Below, in pieces: positions 25,004 through 36,000 of a DNA stretch of 64,000 bases. Location: the NCBI RefSeq assembly GCF_006345805.1, contig NC_043006.1:67580001-67644000 (forward strand). The letters run 5' to 3'. The translations under genes were made by a program, and so were the position numbers. The notes beneath the pieces were generated by a model, which was given only the letters and a program-made list of their open reading frames with translations, was not told the DNA's origin and made no database searches. Every line of letters starts with the position of its first letter. Position 1 is the stretch's first letter. This stretch comes from Octopus sinensis. Taxonomy: Eukaryota.

Positions 25004-25246
25004 TCATCATAATTCAGTGCAATCATTAATAGTACTTTCAAGCAATTCAGCCCCGAGCAACACCGGGCAATTCTGCTAGTTAATGATAAAATAACTCTTT
25101 ACCATCACCCATTTAGTACACTTGGTAATGTAATTGCAATGAAATAAAAAATACTTGTGTGTTAATAATTGGGTATTCTACCAGCAGTATATTGGATAGA
25201 TATTATCCCTTAGTTGTTTGGCTTCACAACCTCTAACTTTCTTGGA

Positions 25247-25279
<33 letters not shown>

Positions 25280-25280
<1 letters not shown>

Positions 25281-26303
25281 CTCTTATGATAAAAGCAGAT
25301 TTTCTCTGCCTGTTCCCATGTTCCTTTTTAATACAATTCTACAATATAGAATTTCTTCAATTAGAATTTACCTATGATTTTTCGAAGTAGATTCGATTGG
25401 GTCATGGCATATAAAGTTTTTTCAATTTGACCCCCAATTAAGCAAAAATTCGAGAAAAGTAATATTTTACGATTTGCCTCTCTAATTTCAACTGCTTCAC
25501 TCCTGCTATTACCATACTTTCTCCTACTTTCTCTTTGCAAGTGTACCTTAAACCACTACTCAAAAAAAATACAGAGCAAACAAACAATAAATACATAATG
25601 ATTTACTCCTCACAGAATTTCTTCAATTGGAATTTACCTATGATTTTTCGAATACATTCCATTCGGTCATGGCATATAAATTTCTTTCAATTTGACCCCC
25701 AATTAAGCAAAAATTTGAAAAAACTCAATATTTTACGATTTCCCTCTCTCACTTCAAAGGCTTACTCCGCCTATTAGCACACTTTCTCTTTACACACATA
25801 GACATGCAAACATATACATATATGACAGTGTCAATTGTTGAAAGAAAATTGTAAGCTAAGAAGGTGTGTGTGTGTGTGTGCGTGTGTGTGTGTCTGTGTG
25901 TGTGTATGTATGTGTATTAATGTGTGTGTGTTATCTCTCTACATATAAAGCTGAAGTTGTCTGTGTGCGCCAGGTTTGGTAGCCTTCAACTAACACTATC
26001 TCCTCCGAGACCCTGCGGCACAAGTTGACCAAAATTGAGAGTATGATAGAAGGGTTGCTCTTCCTTCCGTAGAAGATAAAATTCAAATCGGACCATGTTA
26101 ACAGCAAAAATTATTTACATCAAAAAGGTGCTTTTTTCTATGAAAATCCCTATTTTTTACGATTTTTTCACTGCTGACACGCAACCAGAAAAATGTTCAC
26201 TTGAAGAGAATAACAAGCTACATAATGCAAAATTTTTACTTTTCAAAAATTCCAATTCCAGCAGGTCGAAACAAACCCGAGCAACGCCGGGCGATACTGC
26301 TAG
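25280..26303 (+). mobile_element. Non-autonomous Helitron, copy 1
   Basis: A|TCTCTTATGATAAAAG start, second TC-type start at 25934, 3' hairpin cccgagcaacgccggg + CTAG|T. Confidence 0.78.
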
Positions 26304-26344
26304 TATATATATATATATATAATATATATATATATGTATATATA

Positions 26345-27385
26345 TCTCTTATGATAAAAGCAGATTTTCTCTGCCTGTTCCCATGTTCCTTTTTAATACA
26401 ATTCTACAATATAGAATTTCTTCAATTAGAATTTACCTATGATTTTTCGAAGTAGATTCGATTGGGTCATGGCATATAAAGTTTTTTCAATTTGACCCCC
26501 AATTAAGCAAAAATTCGAGAAAAGTAAATATTTTACGATTTGCCTCTCTAATTTCAACTGCTTCACTCCTGCTATTACCATACTTTCTCCTACTTTCTCT
26601 TTGCAAGTGTACCTTAAACCACTACTCAAAAAAAATACAGAGCAAACAAACAAATAAATACATAATGATTTACTCCTCACAGAATTTCTTCAATTGGAAT
26701 TTACCTATGATTTTTCGAATACATTCCATTCGGTCATGGCATATAAATTTCTTTCAATTTGACCCCCAATTAAGCAAAAATTTGAAAAAACTCAATATTT
26801 TACGATTTCCCTCTCTCACTTCAAAGGCTTACTCCGCCTATTAGCACACTTTCTCTTTACACACATAGACATGCAAACATATACATATATGACAGTGTCA
26901 ATTGTTGAAAGAAAATTGTAAGCTAAGAAGGTGTGTGTGTGTGTGTGTGCGTGTGTGTGTGTCTGTGTGTGTGAGAGAGTGTGTGTGTATGTATGTGTAT
27001 TAATGTGTGTGTGTTATCTCTCTACATATAAAGCTGAAGTTGTCTGTGTGCGCCAGGTTTGGTAGCCTTCAACTAACACTATCTCCTCCGAGACCCTGCG
27101 GCACAAGTTGACCAAAATTGAGAGTATGATAGAAGGGTTGCTCTTCCTTCCGTAGAAGATAAAATTCAAATCGGACCATGTTAACAGCAAAAATTATTTA
27201 CATCAAAAAGGTGCTTTTTTCTATGAAAATCCCTATTTTTTACGATTTTTTCACTGCTGACACGCAACCAGAAAAATGTTCACTTGAAGAGAATAACAAG
27301 CTACATAATGCAAAATTTTTACTTTTCAAAAATTCCAATTCCAGCAGGTCGAAACAAACCCGAGCAACGCCGGGCGATACTGCTA

Positions 27386-27386
<1 letters not shown>
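26345..27386 (+). mobile_element. Non-autonomous Helitron, copy 2 (near-identical, head-to-tail)
   Basis: ORF pairs 26095/27178 and 26201/27284 offset by 1083; same termini. Confidence 0.78.
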
Positions 27387-27419
<33 letters not shown>

Positions 27420-28596
27420 TGAATATACTGAACTCCAGAACAGATTTTCAAGCTTTGTTTCCATTTCAGGAGATTCCTATTAGCATTTTGGAAACCACAT
27501 AACGATAATAGCGGTATTAATGATAACATTTACACCATGGCTGGAAATTGATTGCTGATGAGAGTGGGAGATAACCCCCTGCTTTCTACCCTCACAGCTG
27601 ACAGGTGGCATAGCTGAAGGAGGACGACATAGCCAGAAACTGATAACCACCAGAAGAGGGAGACAACACTCATTGTTTATATCCAGTTCATTTTCCCCTC
27701 CATACTTTAAAGAGGCCATAGGACAACAAGTCTTAGGGTCTGATGACACATCATAAAGATACTCTTTATGGCAAGAAACCCAAGGGTAACCCTGTAAACA
27801 GGCCTTCACCAGTAAAAACATATATATATATATAAAACAAGAAACTGGAAAATTTTCGGTATAATTTATTAATCATTACACTTATTTCATTTGCTAATAG
27901 GAGTTATGAAACTGTACATGTAGGGGAAACAGGTAAGATATATCTCCTCTTTGAAATTCTTCAGACAGATTAATCAAATGAAACATGTGCAATGATGAAT
28001 ATAACCAAAAATTTTTCCAATCTTCTGTTTTAATAAGTAGCCACTCTGCAAAAAACATTAGCAGTATTTTTCAACTCTTATGCACACCTCTTGTGTACAA
28101 TTTTGAAGTATTGGAATAAGCAAAAGTGCTTCAAGAGGACACAGCTTGGATTATAAACCTTCCAACATACTATCATCATCATCATCATTTGACATCTGCT
28201 TTCCATGCTGCCATGGGTTGAATGGTTTGACTGAAAACTGATGAGCCAGGGAGCTGCACCAGGTTCCAACCTGATTTGGTATGGTTTCTACGATAAATCT
28301 ATTTATCTATCTATATATAGATACAGTAATCCCTTGACTATTGCAGATGTTACACTCCAAAACCTTGTGATAGGTGAAAATCCACAAAGTAGAAACAGTA
28401 GTGTATATTTTGTATTATTATTTATATAATTTGTATAAATTTATTTTATTATAAATGCAAAACAACACCACGGAGGAATCGACATAAGCTTAAATAATAA
28501 ACCATGATATGCAAAGGATTACTGTATATATATATATATATTATGGAGATGTACTTGCATAGCAAGTGACCTGATCTGAGATCATGTGCTGGAACG

Positions 28597-28859
28597 AAAA
28601 CAATTGCAGCATGGAAGGTGTTTATAAGCCATTTAAGAAACACACAAAAACCGTTAGACTCACTTCAACATTTAAATTTAATTTGTCAAAATATTTTCGT
28701 CGCTTTGAGACCGCGACCTGTTCACTGACAAAACTTCCTGCTGCATCTCAAAGCGACGAAAATATTTTGACAAATTAAGTTTAAATGTTGAAGTGAATCT
28801 AACGGTTTTTGTGTGTTTCTTAAATGGCTTATAAACACCTTCCATGCTGCAATTGTTTT
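28597..28859. repeat. Near-perfect inverted repeat, 114-bp arms, 35-nt loop
   Basis: 28597-28710 versus 28746-28859; I see 2 mismatches. Confidence 0.92.
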
Positions 28860-28985
28860 ATATATATATATATATGTATGTAGAAAGATAGACAGATATA
28901 TAGTATGTAGGTAGATTTATAATCCAAGCTGTATGCATATGTATATATGTGTGTGTATATATGTGTGTGTGTGTGTGTGTGTAGA

Positions 28986-29225
28986 GGTGCGTGGCTTAGT
29001 GGTTAGGGTGTTGAACTCATGATCGTAAGGTTGTGGTTTCGATTCCTGGACCGGGTGATGCATTGTGTTCTTGAGCAAAACACTTCATTTCACGTTGCTC
29101 CAGTCCACTCAGCTGGCAAAAATGAGTAACCCTGCAACGGACCGGCATCCTGTCCAGGTAGGAAATTTCTACGCCACTGAAACCAGGAAACCAGCCCTTA
29201 TGAGCCTGGCATGGCTCGAGAAGGA
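28986..29225 (+). mobile_element. tRNA-derived SINE, family 3 (Met-like head)
   Basis: Box A gtggcttagtggtt, loop ctcatga, box B-like gtttcgattcc, then ttcttgagcaaaacactt. Other copies at about 18580-18720 (-), 59620-59740 (-) and 61511-61720 (+). Confidence 0.72.
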
Positions 29226-29397
29226 ACATTTATTTTATGTATGTATGAATGTTCATGTTTATCGCTGTGATGTGCATGCACAAATATATTTTTGAAACTC
29301 TCTTTCTCTCTCTCTCTCTGTATATATATATATACTCCATATATAAGTGTGCATGTGTTTAGTGGTGAGTGGAGTCACAAAAAAATACTAAAATTAC

Positions 29398-30103
29398 TTG
29401 CAGCAAAGTTGTCATCTGTTACTCCAATCATGACAGCACGGGACGAGAGGAGACACGCCTGGGTGAGCAACACTTTGTGTCCTGCATGCAACCGGTCGAA
29501 GGTTCCACCCAGCACGACATGGTCATATGTGGTCATTACCACTGAGGCTACTCCTGAAGTGTCTTCAGTTGTTCTCGGTGAGGCATCATCGTTCAATGGC
29601 GTTTGGGGTAAGGGAAGAGGCACAATGTTCTCAAAATTTTGACCCAGATCACACTTGGGAAAACAATGTGCAACATCATGCAAGAATCTGTTTTTGTGGT
29701 TGGCGTCAGACGTAATAAAATCATGCAGTATGATGTCAAAGTTCCTCAAAGACTGGTAAGTTTGGTCTTGCCCAGATGATGAAGTTGTAGTTTTTGTAAC
29801 CACAGGATCAGGTACGGGGGCAGCACCAAAAGAATCTAAGATGATCCGAAGATCTATTTGTTTGAATAAAGCAGCATTGGTCTGATAGAATTGTTGCATC
29901 AGGTGGAAGGCATCTTCTGTTGGTGCGACATGCTGCAGCTTAAACACTGCAGCAGAACTGGGTGTTGAAGGCTTTTGCATTGGCTGAAGTTGGATATAGA
30001 GCGAGTTCTTTGCATATTGTTTAGTTGCCTGCAAGATTGCATGTACCTTTGATTTCAACTTTGGAATCGGTGAAGTAAGTAACAACAACACAGAACGAGA
30101 CAT
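29398..30103 (-). CDS. COASY: CoA synthase coding exon 1 (N-terminal region + start of PPAT domain)
   Basis: ATG at 30103 gives MSRSVLLLLTSP...LYIQLQP, resembling the metazoan COASY N-terminus. Contains VLGGTFDRLHAGHK (HxGH nucleotidyltransferase motif). Donor GCAA|gtaatt at 29397, phase 1. Upstream acceptor with a long pyrimidine tract at 30174. Confidence 0.95.
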
Positions 30104-31794
30104 GATGCTTGAAGAATTTGTTCCTGTTGATACCAAATTTACCAAAATCTAATAGAATGAAAGATTAGAATACCTGTTGGAAAAAAAAAAGAAAAGAAAA
30201 AAGAAATCAAAGAGAGAAAAACACACAAATAAAATATTTAACATTTATGTGAAGCATGGGTAGATCACTTTTGCAGCTACAGGATTAATGATAATTCCTA
30301 TCTTTGAATGCTATGAAACAGGGGGAAGACCTGTAATCAATCAAAGTGAACACCAAAATATAGCTGGTACTTCTTTCATTAACTAATACTTTATTTCATT
30401 AGATGAACAAAATGCCAAGTCAACACCTGCAGGATTTGAAATCAGTATGTAAAGAGTACATAACTAAAATGCTACAATGAATTTTCTCCAATACTTTACC
30501 AACTCTGCTAGCCACTGCCCTTGTAATAATAATCCTTTCTTCTATAGGCACAAAGCCTGAAATTTTGTAGAAAAGGGGTTCATTAATTACATCAATGCCA
30601 GTGTTTGTCTGGTACTTATTTTTATTAACCCCAAGAGAATGAAACGCAAAGTTGACATTGGTGGAATTTGAACTCAAGATGAAAAGATGGACAAAGTGTC
30701 ACTAAGCACTTTGTCTGGTGTGCTAATGATTCTGTCTGCTCACCACATCCTCATCATCATCATCGTTTAAACGTCCATTTTCCATGCTGGCATGGGTCGG
30801 ACAGTTTGACTGAGGTCTGGAGAGCCAGCAGCTGCACCAGGCTCCAGTCTTGATCTGGCAATGTTTCTACAGCTGGATGCCCTTCCTAATGCCAACCACT
30901 CTGAGAGTGTAGTGGGTGCTTTTTACTTGCCACCAGCACAGAAGCCAATCAGGCGGGCCTGGCATCAATTATGTTTGGATAGTACATTTTACATGCCATA
31001 ATAATGACAATAATAATAATTCTCTCTACTGAAGGGACAAGTCCTGAAATTTGAGGGGAGGGAGCTAGTCAATTATATCAACTCCAGTGCATAACTGGTA
31101 CTTAATTTATCGACCCTGAAATGATGAAAGGCAAAGTCAAGCTTGGCGGATTTTGAACTCAGAATGTAGTGACAGGTGAAATACCGCTAAGCATTTCCTT
31201 CAGCGTGCTAACAACTCTGCCAGTTCACCGCCTTTAACAATAATAATAATAATAATAATAATAAATGCCTTGATGCAGTACCAGGCAGTGGCTCTCATGG
31301 CTTCTGATCTTAACAGATTGGAAGTGTTATCATGTACATTGTTTTGCCTTGGTATAAAAGATGGGCTACAGCAAATATTCTGCTCAATGCCACAGATTTG
31401 CTTGTCAGTTGTTTGACCTTAACCAGTTGAGCATGTCCCTTAGTGGCATCCCTAATCACAACAAGTAGTGGGGAGCATCATAGCCATGTGTTGAGAGGAA
31501 TTCTTTGGGAACATGGGTGGTTCATTCAACATCCTTAAACAATCCTTATTCAGGGACCTTTTGAGTGGGATGGACTACTTGACTAGAAAAAAAGAAAGAA
31601 CTGGAAGCACATTGTGACCAGTAGCATATAATTACAGTCAATATCTGGCCAATGTGTGTGTGTGTGTGTACGCACGTGTTTCTCCTTGTATGTGTGTGTG
31701 TATCAGAGTGTGTTTGTGTATGTGTGTCTGAATAGATATGTGTGAACAAGAAGCATCAGATGAGGTGAGCAAGAGAGACAACTGCACTGATATG

Positions 31795-32509
31795 GTCATG
31801 TGTTGCGTATGGATGAGGACAGCTGTGTGAAAAAGTGTCACACCCTAGCAGTTGAGGGAACCTGTGGAAGAAGTAGACCCAGGAAGACCTGGGATGAGGT
31901 GGTGAAGCATGACCTTCGAACGTTGGGCCTCACAGAGGCAATGACAAGTAACCAAGACCTTTGGAGATATGCTGTATTAGAGAAGACCTGGCAAGCCAAG
32001 TGAGACTGTAACCGTGGCCTATGCACCAGTGCAGCATAACTGGCCCATTTAAGTGTACCCTTCAATCTTTGGGCAATAAACTGTGCTTGTGAAAACCTGT
32101 TGAGTCAAGTGAAGTCATTGACATGGCCGATGCCTGTGCTGCCTGACTGGTCCTGTGCTGGTGGCATGTAAAAAAAAGCACTATTTGAGCTTAGCCATCG
32201 CCAGTGCTGCTTGACTGGCTCCAGTGCTGGTGGTACATAAAAAGTACTATTCGAGCATGATCATTGCCGGTTCCACCTGACTGGCACATAAAAAGCACCA
32301 TTCAAGCGTGGTCAATGCCAGTACTGCCTGACTGGCTCCTGTGCCAGTGGCATGTAAAAAGCACCCACTACACTCTCAGAATGGTTGGCATTAGGAAGGG
32401 CATCTAGCTGTAGAAACCTTGCCAGATCAGACTGGAGCCTGGTACAGCCATCTGGCATGCCAGTCCTCAGTCAAACCGTCCAACCATTCAGCATGGAAAG
32501 CGGATGTTA
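31795..32509 (+). mobile_element. RTE-clade LINE 3' fragment
   Basis: ORF 31800-32003 DSCVKKCHTLAVEGTCGRSRPRKTWDEVVKHDL is homologous to 7808-8350. It is followed by a repetitive 3' UTR and the family end aaaccgtccaacc...atggaaagcggatgtta. Confidence 0.85.
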
Positions 32510-33012
32510 CTCTTTTACTTGTTTCAGGCATTTGACTGCGGCCATGCTGGAGCACCGCCTTTAATCGAGCAACTCAACCCTGGGACTTATTCTTTGTAAG
32601 CCCAGTACTTATTCTATCGGTCTCTTTTTGCCGAACCGCTAAGTGACGGAGACATAAACACCCCAGCATCGGTTGTCAAGCAATGCTAAGGGGACAAACA
32701 CAGACACACAAACATACACGCACACATATATATATACATATATACGACGGGCTTCTTTCAGTTTCCATCTACCAAATCCACTCACAAGGCTTTGGTCGGC
32801 CCGAGGTGTAACCCAAAAACTTACATTTGTAGTGACACCACTACTTGAACAAAACTGGATACAACTCACCCAACAAGAACTCACTACTTGAACAAAACTT
32901 GACTTAAACAGGATTCGAATAATCCTATCAGGTGGTGCTATTAAGTTAGACATGGCCTGGACCAATCTTTGGTCGAAACATATCTAAGTTTATCTAAGTT
33001 TATACCGATACA

Positions 33013-33089
<77 letters not shown>

Positions 33090-36000
33090 TTGGTTAATAC
33101 ATGGCCCACAGATCAAGAAAACTATGGTTGCATATAAGAAAAACATGGTGTAACCCAAAGATTTATATTTGCAGTGACACCATACCAATACACCTGTGTG
33201 TGTGTGTGTGTAATTGGTCACTGCATGAACTATGGTAGCATGTAAAAACAACAAGTTGTAACCCAGGGGTCTGTATTTCCAGTGATACCATGCCTAAACA
33301 CCAGGATCAGACACATAAAGTGATGAATCATGGGGTGCATATTTTCATTGAAGGGGCATTCTGTACTCTTTCCACCAATGTGATGGTGGTAATGGCTGTA
33401 GTGGTGGTGGCAGTGGTTTGGTGCCAAATCAGCCCTCACTGAGAAAAATCTACAATCCAAAAATGTTCCAGCCACGACCATCCAGCCTTCTGTTGTGTTT
33501 TTGTTTATTCAAACTGCCTTATTGACTCGACTCAATCCTCTCCCTTTTCTAAGATGGTGGGATTTAATTTGAGGGAGACCTTGTTGTTGTTTCTAGCAAC
33601 AGATGAGGTGAGCAAGAGAGTAGTTGTAGTCGTGACCCGATTTTTTGTCCAATGATTTTTTTGTGTCCAATTTTAAATAAATTCTTTAGAAAACAAGGTG
33701 AACATCAAAATCAAATAATCGTTGAGAATTTTATTGATAGGATTTGTGGTTGAACAAAAAAAATCATCGGACAAAAAGACATCAGACCAAAAGACATGGA
33801 TGAAAAGACGTTTGATGAAGTGACATCAGACGAAAAGACAGCACCAGTTGTAGTATAGAACAGTGAAGTATAGTAGCATTAGTACATTATGGTATAGTAT
33901 AGTATAGTTTAGTATAGTGTACCATATAGAATATTATAGTGTAACAGTGTAGTATAGTAGAGGCTAATGTAGAACAGTATATTATGGTATTGTGTTGTAT
34001 AGTATAGAACAATATCATTATCATCATCATTTAATGTCCATTTTCGATGCTGGTAGGGGTTGAATGGTTTGACAGAGAGCTGCAAGGCAAAGTTGACCTC
34101 AGCTGAATTTGAACTCAGAACATAAAGACAGACGAATTGAGAAGACTATACTCTTTTCTACACTAAGCACAAGGTCTGAAATTTGGGGCGAGGGGACCAG
34201 TCGATTAGATCAACCCCAGTATGCAACTGGTACTTAATTTATCGACCTTGAAAGGATGAAAGGCAAAGTTGACCTCAGCTGAATTTGAACTCAGAACATA
34301 AAGACAGACAAATTGAGAAGACTATATTACCATAAACATAATATTAGGGTTTTTAAATTTATTTCTAGTGTGGCTACTTGCATTTACATTACAGTACTAC
34401 AGACATACTTTTTTTTTTTCAAATACACCAATACTTCAATTAACGAAATAAGTATGTTCCACATTCCTACTTCGCTAACACAAACCTCCTTATCAGAAGA
34501 AGGTAACCCAGATAAATTTATTTAATCATTGTAAGAAAAACACACGTTTGATATATAGTAGGCCAACAGTGCACCTATATGAACAGAAAAACTCCAGAGA
34601 ACAAAATTATGTGTAATTCAATGAGGAGGGAAGGGCAAGCTGGTTTTTGTAGAGGAATTACATGGTTACTCACCTTCAGGAAAGCAAGAGTGAGAATGAT
34701 TAATAGGAAATGCAAGTTCAGGTGGCTTCTCAATGTACTATAATGGTACTAAAACATAAATATAATACTAAAAAACTAAGTTAAGATTTTTTGTTAGTAC
34801 AGATTGCAAAAGCATCTCTTCCTTGCCCTCTGAACTACATACACATGATTCTTTTAAGTCCCTGAGGCACTAGCATAGCTAGAATGTGTGCCGCCTGGGG
34901 TGGCCCTTCTGTTTGCCACCCCTGGACCCCCACAGGAAACACATATTGCCTACAGCAGAGCCAAAAGTACTACCTGGAGCAGACTGCCCCTAGTGCCACC
35001 CCCACTAGCTTTGCTAGTGCCCTGAGGTCTTTATAGATAAGAGTCTCACGATAAGCATGTATGAACTTCAAATCCTAAATCTTGTACCATAGGTACTACA
35101 AAGTTGTTGCTAATTAAGACTGTTTCATCTCTCATCACATGATCCTCTTCAACTACATTTGAAGAAAATTTTGTCCAAGTGCAATGAGACATGAATGCTT
35201 AACTTTATATTTTCCTTTCTGCTCCCATAATGTTTGAATTATTCCAGAAGTCTTTGAAGGTTTGATATTTATCATCAGTCACTGTAAATCAAGTTTTACA
35301 CTCCTTTTAGAAGTACAAGGTAACATGCCCTCGTCATCATGTAATGACCATGTTCAATAATGGCATGGGTTGGATGGTTTGGCAGGACCTGATGGATTCA
35401 AAGAATACAGCATGCTCCAAGAGTCTACTTTGGCATGGTTTCTATGGCTGGATGCCGTTTCCTAACACAAAATCACTTTACAGGGTGTACTGGATGTTTT
35501 TTGTTTTGTTTTTTTTTTTTTTTTTTTTTTTTTTTTCCACTGGTACTAGTGAGGTCACCATGCAACTTGCAAGACTATGAAACCCAAGTGTGGGGGCAGC
35601 TTTATGCTAGGAAATGAGGATATAAGAAGGGTGTGGGACAGAGCAAGTTCTGGTAAAGACAACTCACATTTAGTGGTGGGGAAAGTGAGAATGAATCAGT
35701 TGTAGTGCTGTAAAGAAATAAATAGTGGTTATAAATAGGTGAGTGACCTAATGGTTAAATGTTGCTCTCACAATCACAAGATTGTGGTTTCAATCCCTGA
35801 GGACTTGAGACAGTATTATAGAGATTGATGATGTACTTTAACAAAATTAAAGTCACCCTCGTACAAAAAGGACTCCCCGACAGAAATATCATTCCAAGTG
35901 TGACAAGTGCTTTGAAGCGATAAGCTGGTTCATAAAAGGATATTCAAATTAAAGCGGGAATTTCTGAGAAAATCAAACAATGAGTTCCTTTTTTTTTTAT

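Larger units (their letters stand above)
21021..25079 (+). mobile_element. Helitron (probably one composite element) with an internal higher-order tandem array and a Pif1-like helicase remnant
   Basis: 5' A|TCTCTTATTATAAAAG; 3' hairpin cccgagcaacaccggg then CTAG|T at 25076-25080. ORF 24482-25003 AILAPRN...[41 protein letters not shown] is Helitron helicase-like. Confidence 0.75.

Noticed and set aside
27480-27821. 113-aa minus-strand ORF in COASY intron 1 as a possible extra exon
   Set aside because: Exons 1 and 2 already join in phase (A|GG) with continuous PPAT homology, and no convincing splice sites or homology were found.
28986-29060. tRNA-Met-like sequence (also about 61511)
   Set aside because: No acceptor-stem closure, and it continues into a repeated SINE body, so it is a SINE head rather than a tRNA gene.
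30104-30145. N-terminal extension MVNLVSTGTNSSSI in the ORF track
   Set aside because: It starts at TTG. Similarity to COASY begins at ATG 30103, so this is treated as 5' UTR.
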